Shown: positions 15,191 to 29,329, counted from the stretch's first letter. The stretch is 60,000 bases of DNA from Lama glama (GCA_028534125.1 CM052818.1:34350001-34410000), one strand, 5' to 3'. Notes: generated by a model from the letters alone, not told the origin. Numbers and translations: made by a program.

Positions 15191-18100
15191 GGTGGCTTGG
15201 TGCTACCTAACCGGTGTTGGTTGATGAGATGCTGCATCTGGAAGGCTGGTGCCCTGGTTTCGAGTGAGGGGACTGAGCTTAGTGGCTGGGTGACAAGGCC
15301 ACACAGGTGTACAGCAGAGCTGAGTCTTGCTCTCTTCTTCCACTTCTTGGTGGCTTCCAGGGTCTCTGGACTGGGGTCAGGGATCAGGGTCCATGGCCCA
15401 TCTCAGTGGGACCTTCATGAATTGCTCTTCTTCAGGTTGTTCTGGGAAAGTGGTAGCTAAGAGAGGACAGGTGGCACCTCGTTCCCTGTCTATCAAAGCA
15501 GGTGCTTTCTCCAGCTACAATTCTTCCTCTTTTCAGGCCCTTCTCCCAAGAGTGTGCTGAGTCTCCCCAGATTCCTCGAGTCAGGAGACAGTGGGGGAGC
15601 TCAGAGCCAGCTCTAGAAGAGAGAGGGTGGCACCTGGGGAGGCAGAGTGGGCAGCGGGGGTCCCGGGAGGGCTGCAGCACTTGGCTGGTCTTGAAAATAT
15701 CAGCTTGAGAATCAATGAGGCAAAAAGGCTTTATTCTCTCCTGGCTTGTCTTAAGTAATTAATTGAACAAATATTTCTTAAACACCTACCACCTTGTACC
15801 AGGCACTAAGTTAAGTGCTGGGAGAGGATTTGGAGATGAGAATGGCTCGGTCCTGTCCTCTGGGAACAGAGATGAGCCAGTGGGCAGGTGAGAGAAGACT
15901 GTCCCTGAAGTAAAGAGTTACCCTCGAATGTGCTGAGTCTGTGTCAGAGGGGCCCTTCCAGGACGGTGTGACTGTGGGCACCCAGGAACCAGAAGGAGGT
16001 CAGAAGGCACAGCCATGTCGCCAACGCTCCTGTGGCTGGGAGCATGGCGTGCTCTGTTCTCTGCGGCCTTCCAGGATGTCGCTGGGCACCTAGAAGCTTT
16101 GTTCAGAGGATGTGAACACCTGGCTGGTGCACAGAGCTGCTTGGCCCTGGTTGTCACTAGAGATGGGATCAAGGTCACTGTCTGAGGCCATACTCTCTCT
16201 CTTCCCCTTTCTTTCTCCTCCTCCTCTTTCTTCTCCTTCTTCTTCTCTCCTCCTCCTCCTTCTCCTTCATCTTCTACAATTCACTATTTTTTAAACTACA
16301 CTTTTAATTTTAGACCAATGTTAGATTTGCAGCATTATTGTGAAGGCCTGCCTGCCTTTTTTAAACACTCACCGCCTCTGGTGATGCATTGCTGGCTGCT
16401 GTGTTCCTGCCCCATCCCCATCGCCTTCTCCCAAGAAGCTTTCTTCTTGTTCTGGGCCGCAAGCATCCCCTTCTCTCAGCTCTGCACACAGCATCCATCT
16501 CTGCCACTCACTTGGCCTCTCTTGGCAGATGCTGCCTGGTGTATTTACTCATCTCCTTATGTACAGTGATGCCTCTGTGAGCACAGCTCCTTTTAGTCAA
16601 GTCTGCCTTTGCAGCGTAGTCAGGGAGCAAGTCTGGTCCCCTGGATGGGGACCCACCTCCTACCTCCCCTCTGTGTAGCTGGGTCCAGGGTGGCAGGTGG
16701 GAACCAGGAGGGGATGGATTGGAAGGAGAAGGAAGGGGAGAGAAAGGGGGGACGTTCACAGGTCAGAACACAGCCTGTGCTTTCTCTGTTCTTAGTGCCT
16801 CCACTAATAATGGTAACAGTTACCAGGTAACCCAAACAGCCTTGCAACAGTCTTCTCTAATCCTCACTGTGACCTTCAAGATGGGCAAGATTAACTCCAT
16901 TTTGATGAGGAAATCAAGGCTCTGGGAGGTTAAATACTACTGGCCCAAGGTCATACAGATGAAAATTGGAAAAGCTAGGATTCAACCTAGATCTTTTGGC
17001 CTTCAAAGTCCAGTCAACTTCAGGTGTCCCTGGGACCACCCACTTTGTTAACAGAGCATGGAAGATGTGTCTTGCAGGTCATCATCTTCAAACCGCTGTA
17101 AGCCCCTCAGGGTAGGATCTGGGTCTCGGAGTCTTAGTGCTCTGGTCCAGCCTGATGGCATCCTGCTGAAGACCCTCTCTTCTGAGCCCCTCCCCTGCTT
17201 TCTGCCAGACTGATGAACCCTGTAGTTGAATGGCCTGTCCTTTCTGTCCCAGGGTACCGCTCCTTGGAGATTCTCTTTGGAGATTCCTCGGTTATGTCAG
17301 TAAGGTCTGGAGCCAGACAGAGCAGGAGGTGAAGAGAGGGGAGCTGGAGGGCAGGGGGCCAGGGCCTGGAGGTAAGCCATCTGTGGTGGACATACTTACT
17401 GCCTTCCTGCCTCTTTGGAGCTGTCCTTTCTGCAACACTAGTCAAGGATGGGCCCAGGTGGCGCCTTTGTACCACGTGATCCTGGCTCAGGCCACTGGGG
17501 ATTGGACTAAGGATGGACACTTGATCCAAGAGGACCCAAACTCTCGGCTGGGTAGACCAATCAGGTTGTCTCTCCCAGGGATTGTGATGAGGGGCTGAGG
17601 GGCAGGGCAGCTCGGGCAGTTCGGGCAGCTGAGCTGTGGAGTTACAAAGAGTTGGGTTCTAGCTGAGATCAGGGTGAGCCAAAGCCACATGCAAGTCTGG
17701 GGTATAGGGGAAGAGAAGCCAGAGGGAGCAGGAACAGCAGAGACAGGGATGGTGTGGCCCAGGAGAAATGGAGGGAAGGCCTGGTCTTCTGACTGCTGGC
17801 CTTTGATACCAGCTAAGCAATGCTGTTTTCTTTCTGAAGTCCCCTTTAACTCACACTGGTCCAGGGGTCACTGTGTCCCAGCTAAGCTCCTGCCACTCCA
17901 GATGGAGAAGCCAGGCTCCCAAGCACTGTGTCCCAGGTATGTCTGCCAAGTGAGCAGCGCAGCAGAAGGGCCCTGGCTGGGTCTGGGGAGACCCACATGG
18001 GCACAGCACTCTATAGTGTTTAGGAACATTCCTGTTGAATCCTCACAGCATCCTGTGTGGCCCACTGAGCAGGGGTGGTCTCCATTCAATGGCTGGGGAC

Positions 18101-20074
18101 ATTGAAACCTAGAAAGGTTGGTGTCTCGCCCAGAGCTGGACTTGGGACCCAGGTCTCCTGATTGCAGGCCTGCTGCTTCTCCCATATGCCGCACTGTCTC
18201 TCTGATCCCCTCTCTTATTAAATAGCTGGGGAGTTTGGGGTTAGAAATACAGTGTGTAAAGTACCTGGTACAAGGCCTGGTGTGTGGAGGGTCTCAGGTA
18301 ATAAGAGATGTTATTAATATTATTTTTTATTGTACAACTCAGAGCTGCCACTCACCACTCAGAAACCTTCCTTAGTTCCCCAAATCCACACAATATAGTC
18401 TAGGGGTTTCCTGGCCCAGCACGTAGGCTATCCACAACGTGAGGCACCCCCAGCCTGGACTGCTCTCTCCTGACTCCCCCAACACTTCCGGCCCTCTAAG
18501 GGTTCCCTGCGCCTGTTCCACACCTCACCTCTGAGCACTTGCTCAAGTTGTTGGGCTGCCTGAAGTTCTCTCTCTCATCTCTTCTGTCCTCCCAGGAAGG
18601 ACAGCTCCAGGGCTGCCTCCTCTGGCACACCTTCCCCGTCCCCCTGTTGGAAGAACAGTACCTTCTTCTGCCCCTGCCACTTTCTGCCAAGCAGTGGGGT
18701 TTGCCTGGAGGTGGGTGCCTCTCCCGCTGGCCCGTCTTGCCCAGTGTTCACAGTGAATTCCCAGCAGATGCATAAAGCCAGCCTGAAGGATGGGTTGGGT
18801 TTGGCGGGGAGGCCTTGGAGCAAGCGTGGCCCCTGTGGGCACTGTCTCCATCACCTGCTTCCCACTCTCCTTTCTGGTCATGGCTAGTGGCCCAGACAGC
18901 TCTGGGCTGGCAGGGAACTTGGGAGCAGATGCCAGGAGATGTGAAGGAGGCTTTTCTTAGGCTCAGCACCCTCCCCAGGGCTCAGGAGCTCAGATGGTGT
19001 AGGTTGGCATAGTGCCCAGGAGGAGAGGGACTCCAGGCAACAGGGACTTCAGCCTGGAGGCAGCTGCCAGGACCTTCTCTCCCTCTGAGCCAGCCTGCAG
19101 ACATGGTGTTCCCACCCCCACCACTCACACACCCATGCGTGCGCACACAAACACACGCACACATGCTCACTCCAACACCTCACATGCCCCCCACCACGGC
19201 CTCTTGGCACATCTCTGTCCACCACCGAGGGCAGAGAGTATAAGGACCAGGGTTTCTATCAGGTGGGCACACCCTGGAAGCAGGGAGCACTTCAATAAAG
19301 AGAGGGAGCCCCCCTCCACCTCGGCCACAGAACCCAGCCTCTGAGCCCCCACTCCTCCTTCAAGTTCTGGGCCCTTAAGGATCTAAAGTAGCCACCAAAC
19401 GCAGCTCCTCCTCCACGCAGGCCTGACTGGACAGGAGAGGCTAAGATTCCACTGCTCTCCATGGAAACACACTTCACTCAAGCCTGGGCCTGTTGGAAAT
19501 GCTCCTTCAGTGGAATGAAATGACCAAGGCGCACGCCGTTGTTTCCCAGCCTGTCTTCAGGGGAGACAGCAAGCAGCTGTCCCCATCCTTGGGGACACTG
19601 CCCTTCACACAGAGACATGGAAGCAGACGCTCACCCCTCAGCCTGCCTCCCGCTGCCTGACTCATCCGGGGCTTGCCCCCGTTCTTCTGACCTCTGATTC
19701 CCCAGCCTTTTCAATTATGTCGGCCCACCTTGCAGGCTCTCCATCCGCACTGCTGTTCACAGCCCAGAATCGGATGAGAGCCTGGCTGGGCCCGGGTATA
19801 ACAGGAGAATGATTTCATAGGCTCCCATGGCCTATAGAGGCTGCCTATTCATGCATGGGTGTCCTGAACTGGCTTTTTATGGTGCCAAGAGCTACAAGCT
19901 GGGCAGAGTCGCCAGGACCTAGCTCTTTACAGCCACTGCTTATAGTGCTGCTGTGCCTTCTCCTCCATCCCCCCACAGCCCCAGTGTGGAATCTGGGCAA
20001 GCTGGCTGCACTTGACTTTATTCAAACTTTTAAATGCCTCTGTCACTGCTCCCTCCTCCCTAATTCAAAACAAT

Positions 20075-20270
20075 ATTAGCTGAGCTTTATATAGTGCTTA
20101 CTGTGTGCCACTGCTCTAAGTGAGCTAATATGTGTACTTCTTTTCACCCTGTAACTCCCCTATTCTGTAGGTGCTATTATTATTCCCATTTAAAGATGCT
20201 GGAACTGAGCCAGAGAGGTTAAGTGATTTGCCCAAGGTCACACAGCAAGTACTTGGCAGAGCGAGGCTCT
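20075..20270 (-). mobile_element. MIR SINE
   Basis: cagagaggttaagtgatttgcccaaggtcacacagc. Confidence 0.85.
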
Positions 20271-21129
20271 CCCCATACTACTACTCCTGCTCTCTCTGGG
20301 CACTTTGCTCCTTTCCCCCTTCCATCTCAGAGCTGGTGAGGCCTCCCCTCCCAAGGCCAAACCCCTAACTGCACTCTACCCCGACCTTGGGCTTTTCCTT
20401 CTGACTTTGCTGCTGGAGACCCCCCCACCTAATGGTATTTTCAAACCGTCCTCTGTTACCTTCTCACTATTGGCTTCAGGTCTTCAAAAAATGGAAGGGA
20501 AGGAGACAGGGAGGGAAGAAGGGAGGCCTCACCGTGCCCTTTCCTTTTGCCCCGAGTGTTCAGACCCAATGCTTCCCCACCTCACGCATCAGGATGCCCT
20601 GGCTCCACCCGCTAAGACTGCTCTCCCCAAGAACATCAGGAATTTCCTGAGTACCAGAACCTGTGCCCCATGGGCAGGGCTGCTCTAGCTACATGGCACT
20701 CTGCAACCAGTTAGGAAGATAAAAACAGGCCCTTTTGGGTGGATGCAGCCACTGGGAGAGTGCATGGTAAGCAGGCTGGCCTTCAGCAACCCCACACCCA
20801 GATTATACAACCTGGACAATCATACATGGCGATCTTGGCTGCTGGGATTCTCATTTTCCTTCATATTCTGGCCATGTTCAGCCCTGATGGTCGTCCTTTT
20901 TCTCTCTGGAAACCCTACCCTCTTGCTTCCCACTGGTCCTTTGTGGTCTCCCCTGCTGCCTCTGCTTCCTTCTTCTGCACCCTGGTTTCAAGAGTGGGCC
21001 AAGACTGCCTGGGCTGTTCTGTTGCTGGTCCAGGGAGGTCTACAGGCTTTGCTTCCAACTCTGCTCCACACTATGTCTCTACCCCTCATCTGGCTGAAGC
21101 ACCAGCACCCAAGCCTGGCTTGGCCACCT

Positions 21130-21520
21130 GAACCCATCACTTCACACATCATGGCCACTCTACTGCCTGGTTTCTAATAATGTCCTCATTCCTCAGTCAA
21201 CCAGGCTGAACACCTTGCCTTCCTCTCCCCTTCTCTCCCTGTACCTAGTCCAAGTCATTTCTCTTTACCTAGTCCTGCCCTTTCTTTCTGTTCCTGCAGC
21301 TACCAGCATAGTCTAAGTCCTCACCCTTTCCTGTCTGGACCTGGGCAGATGTTCCTAACTGTCATCCCCCAGCAGCTTCCTAATCTTCCTCACACCTACT
21401 TCCAGATTACACTCCACTCTGCACTTGTCACCTTGCTCAGACCCTTCCATGACTCCGCATTGCCGTCAGGGAAGGAAGCCTATCTCTCAGCGTCCTTCAC
21501 CATATGCCCTAATGTTCTTC
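21130..21520 (+). mobile_element. L2 fragment
   Basis: ctaagtcctcaccctttcctgtctggacc...cttgctcagacccttccatgactcc. Confidence 0.5.
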
Positions 21521-23659
21521 TCAGGCATGGGACCTGAGGAAGGGGTTTTGGAGCTAACTTTTGGCAGTACTTCTCCATAGCTAAGCTCTCTGGAAGGCTG
21601 CCAGGGAGGAGGTGGTGGGGTGGGGATGGTTCTGCCCTCATCCCCCACCCAGTGCAAGCTGGAGCCTCTTAATGGCCACTAGCAGCCTGACAGCTGTCCT
21701 TCACCCTGGGCAGCCTGGATTAGAGTTCAGCCAGACTAAAAATGTGGATGGCAGGTCTCAGTGGGTGGTCAAAGGATGAAGGGAACAGAGGAGCCTCTCA
21801 CAGAGTGGGAGTCACTCACCCGGGAGACAGGCATGACTTGAACGGGGTTTCGCAGGACAGTAGGGGCAGCATGTCTGCTGGGGGAGTTAATCCCCATCCT
21901 CCCTTATGTTTGTGCAGTATTTTAGTTTATCACTCACCCTCGAGTATTTGACAATGGGGGAGGCAGAAATCACTCTCCTCATTGAGAAATGAGGAAGTGG
22001 AGGCTCATGCAGTTGAGGTGACTTGGTCAAGGTCACGAAATGTGAAATGTGTGCATCAGAGGCAGAATGGGAGTTTTGGGGTGGGGTGGGGTCTTGCCTG
22101 CCCCAGGATGGACCCAGGCTTTCTGCACAGTGGGCACCTCCCTTGCCATCCAGTGAGGGGTTGGTTAACTCCAGCATTTGGTGTGGAGCCCTAGGGGAAG
22201 GCTGCACCTTGCCCTGCTCCATTACTGGCCTGAATTGGCACCAGCACCTGGAAAGGGCAGCCGGCCAGCCACGTGCCAGTGTTACTTTAAAAATAAACCA
22301 GAGAAGAGCGCGGCTTAAAAATAACCATGGGGGGTTGTGTGAGGGGCTAATTACTGCAGCCCCTTGTCAGGGCTTTGGGGAGTGCACCTAGGCCCTGTGG
22401 TTCCGGTGGGTCCACTCTGCTCATCTCTTCTAGTTGGGAGCCGGGTCCCAGGCCCTCCCAGAACAGCTGGGGGCAGACAGGGCCTCAGAATCCTGAGAGT
22501 AGGAGCTAGAGGGGATTCTGGGCATCTCGGGTGGCCTCCTTCATCTTGACCAGGACGGGGAGGCGGTGGAGGGAGGGGAGTACCCCGACCCGGCAGAGAG
22601 CTTTGACAGGAGTCTCTGGGCCTCACCCACATCTTCCTGCTGGATTTACCGTGGCTCCAAAAGGGACTTTGAGGTTCTGAGTGTCCCCCTTCTTCTCTGT
22701 TGTGTATACGGTGGTGGCAGCCAAGTGGCTGATTTTGCCAATCACAGCTCCCTACGTAGGATTCCTAACCCCTATTCATCATTTGTACTGATCTCCTGAG
22801 AACTTTGAGACCCATCTTGGCCCCTCAAGGTTAGAATGCATGGCCCTTTTGGCTGCCCCCTCCTGGCTGCTTCCACACATCCTTGGCCTGTGAGCTAGCA
22901 TCTCTGGACCCTTAGTACTGAGCGGGGCCTGATTTGCAACCCAGCCAGGTCCGAAGAGCCCCCAGGCTCTTTCCCAAATGGTGGGGAAGCAGGAGCCACA
23001 CTCCCATCTTGCAGGCTCAGATTCCCCCAAGGCTCTCAGAAACTTTTGCAGATCCCCCACCTTTGGCATATCCTGAAGCCACAGGGAGGAGGGGACATAG
23101 GGCCCAGCAGCGGATGGATGTAGCCGAGGACAGACATGCAGGATCAAAGGGAAAAAGCAGAGCTTTCCTGGAGGAGAGAGGCAGAGGCCAAGACTGCTGG
23201 AAGCTGACAGAAATGATCAAAGGACAAGGATGGATGGGAGGGGATGTGGGAAAGAGCAGCCAGGAGAGGCAGGCAGAGCCGGCTGTTGGGGGGGTGGTGA
23301 CTACATGACGATCAGGGCCTTTGGGGTCAGACAGGCCTGGACTGCGGTCCCTGGCTGGGCGCCCTGAGCCAATAATCTTGCTGGGCCTTGGGCCTCATTT
23401 GCATAATGGACATAATGATGACTACCTCATGGGCCTCTGCAGGGGGAGGTTTGTGAAGCATTTATGAAAAGGCCTGAAAATGGAGAGCTGTGATATTGTT
23501 TGTTCTCTCCCCTGCCTCTCCTGGAATCTGGCCCCTCTGTTCTACCTCAGGCTCAACAAGTACAAAGGAAGCCCCTTCTGCTCTCCCCTTTTCATGTTCC
23601 CGAGACAAGCTGTTGAATGTTACGCTATGTTTTCATGGTCCATGTCTCCAGTGGTCACC

Positions 23660-24960
23660 GTGTTGCCAAACACACTGGCTGTTTCTCTGTGGTCATCTGA
23701 CTTGACCTCCCAGCAGCAGCTGGCACAGTTGACAGTTCCCTCTCTCCTGAGACACGCCTCCTGGCCTTGGGACACCGCAAGCTCGAAGTTTCCCTCCAGT
23801 GTCCTGGCAAGTCCCTTTCCTTGCTGGACCTCCCAGTGCTAGAGGAAGGGCCGGCCCTGGGCTCCTCTCTCCCACTCTCCCCTATCCCCAGCTGATCTCA
23901 TCTAGCTGCATGACTTTAAATATTATTTTCGTCTGATAACGCCTAAATTTATATCTCGGCTTTGACCTCTCCCTTGAGTTGCAAACTTGTCTGTCTAACT
24001 GCCATCATGGATTTGTAATAAGCAGCTCAAAATTAACCTATGTGTCTAAAACAGAAGCCTTCATTCTCATCTCTTTAACAAGCCTATTACTCTCTGCGTT
24101 TTATTTCCTAACTCAGTAAAGGCTTAACCTTCCACTCAGTTGCTCAGGTCAAAGACTATCATTGATTATTCTCTTTCTCTGACTCCCGTAGCCCTCTTGC
24201 TCTCTCCTCTTCCCCAGTACATACATCCTATTCATCAGCAGGTCGGGCCAACTCTGTCTTGAAAACACACCCTCAATCCATCTCTGCTCTCTGCCTCCAT
24301 AGTCTCCATCTGAGACCCATCCACCACCACTCTCTCTTTCAAGTTACTGAACTGCATCCCAGCTGGTCTCCCAGCTTCCCTCTGGTACTACAATCATCTG
24401 ACCTCTACAGAGCAGCCAGAGGGAACTGGTGAAAACGTAAGTCACATCACACCACAACCCTGCTTAAAGCTTTCCAGTGACTTCCATCACACTTAGAGTA
24501 AAATCCAAATTCTTGACCATGGGCCATTCTCTCATGGCCCTGCAAATCCAGCCCTTCCATGTCTCCATTTCCTCTCCCAGTGTGCTGCAGCCACCTTGCC
24601 CCTTCTGCTCCTGTTCCTCAAACATGTCACACTCTGGCCCCCTGGACTTCCGAATTTGCTGTTTCCCCCTTGAAGGCTCTTCCTCCATCTTCACATTACG
24701 CCGGCCCCTCCCCGGAAGGCTCTCACAGACTCCCATTCCCTTCTCACCATCACACTCTGCCCATTCTCTTGTTTTACTGACTCCTGGCACTTGTTACCAT
24801 TGAGATGATGTTGGTTTTTCGAGATGATGTTAGTTTATGACTATCTGCTTCCTCTGAAATGTAGGCACCGTGAGGACAGGGGCTGAGTCCCTGGGGCTTG
24901 GAATGGTACCCCAACATGTGGGTGATGCTCAGAAAAAGAAAGGAAATGGAGGAATGACTG
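23660..24960 (+). mobile_element. L2 LINE fragment
   Basis: C/T-rich L2-like segments: ctcatctagctgcatgactttaaatat, cttccatcacacttagagtaaaatccaaattcttgaccatgg. Confidence 0.8.
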
Positions 24961-27900
24961 TGTGCATGTAGGGAGTGGAAAGAGTCAGAAGACTTGGATT
25001 TGAGTACTGGCTCTGATATCGAACTGCTGGTGGCTAAGGCAGGCCAGCCCCATCTCCCACTGAACCCTGCCCTGGCTGTCTGTCTCCACATCTGGAGGAA
25101 AGAAAGCCTGGACTGAATCAGTGATTCTCAAAGAATCCGAAGGACCCCAGGAATTACCATAATGCCATCCACTGCCAAGCTGTGCCCTTATACTGCATGG
25201 GCAGTCTGGTGTCAGCATGAACTGACCCTATTCCAGCCAAAGGCTGAGGAGGGTGTCTGTGACCTTCAGTTGGCCCGTGTATGCTCTGTAACAGGTATAA
25301 TGTCCCATGAATGTTTTGAGATAGCAAACCATTGTGAGGACCCCTGGGGTTAACCCCGCCGCTCAGAGGTCTAGCGGGTCGCTGGTCTAGGTGGGATGTC
25401 GAAGGTTGGTCCACGAGCAGGACCTTAGCTCCCAGGGTCCTGGAAGCCTCTGAACTAGCCTAGGGCCTGGACTAGCCACCAGCGCACTTGTCTTGGGCAG
25501 GCTCAGGTCCAGCAGCAGTCCGGGAAGAAAAACTGCCTACAGCCTCTCTCCTGACTACCCCTCTGTTCGAAAGTGCTGGCTGGGGTCAGCCTGCTCTCAG
25601 CACCCCTACTCCCTCCCACACCCCATCCATGAACTACTGTGGGAGGCGCCGGCTATTAGTGGGCCCCCCTTTCCGGGTAGGAGGCTCCAGCATTCCAGCT
25701 GTCCCAGGGGCTGGGGCAGTGGACTTGCTCTGTTGATAAGCAGGGCTTCAGAAATGCTCTTTCCAGAAAGGGGTGACTTGGAGGTCCTGGACAGAGCTCT
25801 ATTCTTGGGACTGGACATGGAGGAAGTCTCTGCAGGGCTCAGCCATCATGAGGTGAAGTGGGGACAAGAGTGTAGTCCTGGGTAGTGTGCATCTCATGAG
25901 TGGCTGGAAGCAGAAGCCAGGATTAGGTCCCACAGTGACCGTTGGAGCTGTAAGGGGCTTGGATACCACCAGTCCAGTCCCTCGTAGATAAGGCCAGGGT
26001 GGGATGTGACTTGCTGTGGGTCTCACAGCCAGGTAGGAGCAGGAAAACAGTGGAGGGGTCTGTGTCCCCCACTTCCCTTAGCTCGGCTGTGGTAAGTCAT
26101 CAATCAGAGCTCCGAGACATAACGTGTAGCCCACCTCCCTGAATCCAGCGACCGATTGTAAGGGGCAGACAGGGGATATCAGGGCCTCTTTGGTGTCCAG
26201 GGAAGACACGTGCTTAGGACACTGGGAAGGAGGACTGCCACTGAGTTCCGGTCCAGGTTTCTCCTTCTCTGGCCCTGCCTGGAGGTGGACCAAGGACCAA
26301 GAGTGGTCCTAGAGAGTCGTCCTCTGTGTAACCCTCATGGTAGAAAATCCATGATGCAGCATCATGCTGAAGAGGTGGGTCACACTGGCTCAGCTGAGCC
26401 AGAGGCTCTGACTTTGTTCTCAGGTGAGTAATGCTCACACAGCTGAGGGGACCCTCCTGGGATGACCCCCTTCCCTGGGGTCGTTTGAGAGCTAAGCCAT
26501 GGAGGAGACACCTCCTGTCCCGGGACCTCCACTGAAACCTTCTCAGTCCCTTCTCCTACTGGAGCAGTGGGACCTTTTCCTGGGGCCTCCTGCTATGTCT
26601 CTGCCACCTGGCTCACCCAGGAACTTTGGCTTCTGAACTCCAAAGACTCTTCCTCAGCTGCCTCTTGACTGCTTCTTGAGTTCCAAGGAAACCCAGAAAG
26701 AAAATGCTAGCTGCTGGCTGGCAAGTGGCCCGGCCTCCCAAGTACAGCACACTGACTTAAATAAGCTCTTCTCTCTCCTGTGCTTCCTAAACCCGGCTGC
26801 AGGTTCCCTTCGCTAGGGGAGTTTTAAAACTCACAGCCTCTGGGGCTTAGCTTAGGCTGGCTGAATTCACTTCTAGGGGCTGGGCCCGGCCACCCATTGC
26901 TTTGGCTCCAAACAGCTACTGCTGTGGGGACCAGCTCCCCACTTAGCACATAGAGGCCATCTTCCCTGCTCTTCCCCCACATACCCAGAAGCAGGTGAGT
27001 TGCCCAAGTCACCCAAAACCAGGCCCCTCTCACTCACTAGCTACGCTTAAGAACCATCACTCCACTCTCATTTCTAGTCTCAGGTTTCCATCCTGTTCAA
27101 ATGCATGGAACTAAGGCCACTCCGTGACAGCTGCCCCCAACAGCACTGCCCTCTTCCCCCTCCATAGACTGACATCTACTCTGATGCCCCCAACATCCAT
27201 ACCATGCAACCCATCTTCAGCTACAGGGGGTGAGAGCACTCGTCGGGGGAGATCTTGGTTTTAGGGTTGGAAGTTCTGGATTTAACTCCACATTTATTGG
27301 CTCTGGGTCACAGGACTTATATTCTAAAGTCCAGTTTCTTTGTTGATACCTACACCTCTGGGTTGTCATGAGGCTCACAAGAGATACTGTATGACCAAGT
27401 GCTTTATAAACCGAGTGCTGGGCCTGCTTTACACATCCCTGCTCTGTCACTTGCCAGCAGCATGCCTGTGTGCGCATCCTCTGGCCCCTTGGGGCCTCAG
27501 GGTCCTCCTCTGTAAAACAAGGATTATAATAGTGCCTCCCTCAGAGGGTGGCTGTGAGGATTAAATGAGGTAATTCATGGAGCGGGCTCAGCCCAGAGAA
27601 ACCTCCCAGGAAATGGCAGCCTGGTTCACTGTGGAAACTGAGGCAGGCTCCGTGGGGAGTGGAGGCTTCCTGTCAGGTCTAAGATCTGGACAGAACAGAT
27701 GGAGGTGAGAATAGATCTCAATCTGAGGCTTACTCCTGCCTGGAACCGCCTGCCCCTGCCTGTTCCCTGGAGAACTCCCCTGCACTGGTAAGAGGACCAC
27801 CCCATCCTGGAGGAGAGGGCCGTCTCCTGTCTGAGAGCCTGGCATCTCTCTTTCTGGGCTGCTCCACTAGGGCCTGACAGTTGGGTCTCTGGAGAGACCC

Positions 27901-28263
27901 CTAAGGTGGTCCTGTGGCCAGCGGGCTGGAATGCACCTCTCCACATGTTCTGAGATGGTGATTCCTGCATTGGAACTGTGGTCAGGAGAGAACCGGCGCA
28001 TTCCTGACGAGGGACACTGAGTCCGTGCCAAGCCGTGGAGCCTCAAGCAGAGATGAGGGGGTCCAGGAACAGGGACCTCTTGTTGTCTATGCAGAAAATA
28101 TCCCCACAGTGTTGGGTGACAGTGTCATCTCCTTCAGCTCAGCATGGTCCGGGGGGCTCCTGAACACCATCCATTAGCCTGGGTTTGGTCTAGGATTCAG
28201 AGTGGACCTTTGACCCAGAAAAGGAAAGCCACTTATTGCAGCCCCAGACTGATACATGGGTCG

Positions 28264-28857
28264 TGTGATGATTTTTTTTTCTTTTTAAAAAATATTTTAT
28301 TTTATTTATTTCTTTTGTTTTGGGAGGAAGTAATTAGGTCTATTTATTTACTTATTTATTTTAATGGAGGTACTAGGGATCGAGCCTAGGACCTTATGCA
28401 TGCTAAGCACGTGCTCTACCACTGAGCTATACCCTCCCCCGTGGGATGATCTTTTCGATGTGTCCACTTGGCCAGGCTAAAGCTCTGAGTTATTCAGTCG
28501 AACACTGATCTAGGGATTGCTGTGAAAGCATTTTGTAGATGTGATTAAAGTCCATAATCAGTTGACTTTAAGTGAGGGAGATTATCCTAGATTACTGAGT
28601 GGACCTGATCCAATCAGTTGAAAGGCTTTAGTGGTTAGCTGAGGCTTCCCTGAAGAAGAATATACTCTGCCTGTGAACAGCAGCTTCAGCTCAAGCTGGA
28701 GAGAGTTCCAGCCTGTCCTTCTCAATGTCCTGCTCTATAGTTTTCAGACTCACCTAGCCAGCCACTACCATCACATAAGCCAATTCCTTGCAATCCATCT
28801 CTTAATATATATATCTCCTGCTAGTTGTATTTCTCTGATTGAACCTTGACTGGTACA
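28264..28857 (+). mobile_element. MLT2-type (ERVL) solo LTR, interrupted near its 5' end by the SINE
   Basis: TG...CA termini and characteristic motifs ttgctgtgaa..ttttgtagatgtgattaa, aatcagttgactttaagt and ccaatcagttgaaaggc. Confidence 0.8.
28273..28439 (-). mobile_element. tRNA-Ala-derived SINE (resembles the camelid vic-1 family)
   Basis: Head GGGGAGGGTATAGCTCAGTGGTAGAGCACGTGCTTAGCATGCATAAGGTCCTAGGCTCGATCCCTAGTACCTCCA, A-rich tail, and TSD cgtg(t/g)gatgat at 28262-28272 and 28440-28450. Confidence 0.85.
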
Positions 28858-29059
28858 GGTGACCTCTAAAGCTGGTTCCTCTGGGGCAAACCACAGCCCT
28901 GCTTCAGCCTTAGAGGGAAGTCCACCAGCTCTGAGGCCAATGGCTGTGACATTCCATGACCAGATTCCTAAGGATTTTTCCAGCTGTACACAATCTTGTT
29001 CCTAAAACCACAGTCCCCACTCATGTCTCTTCCCAGAAGTCAGGTCTCCAGGTTACATA

Positions 29060-29206
29060 GATCCTTGCTACTCAAAGTGTATACCAAGGATCAGCATCAT
29101 CAGCATCCCTTGGCCTTATGAGAAATGCAGAATCTCAGCCCCCAACCCAGACCTACTGATTCAGTCTGCATTTAAGCAAGATCAACCAAGTCATTTGAGA
29201 AGTGTT
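29060..29206 (+). mobile_element. MER5A-like hAT-Charlie DNA transposon fragment
   Basis: ctactcaaagtgt...agaaatgcagaatctcagccc...ccagacctactga.tcag..tgcattt signature. Confidence 0.8.
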
Positions 29207-29329
29207 AACATAGAGAATTACGCATTGATGAGCTGGCCTCCAGTTCCCCCTGGGGAACATCTCCTCTGTACATATGCGAAGACTGAAGCCCACCAGGGAA
29301 GTGCCTGTGCCTCCAATGAGTAGGGTAAC

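Noticed and set aside
16169..16177. NR5A1/ERR-type TCAAGGTCA sites (also at 22027)
   Set aside because: CAAGGTCA is common in MIR-derived sequence across the window, so individual sites cannot be distinguished from background.
28365..28436. Apparent tRNA-Ala gene
   Set aside because: The A-rich tail, TSD and mutated T-loop/B box identify it as a SINE head.
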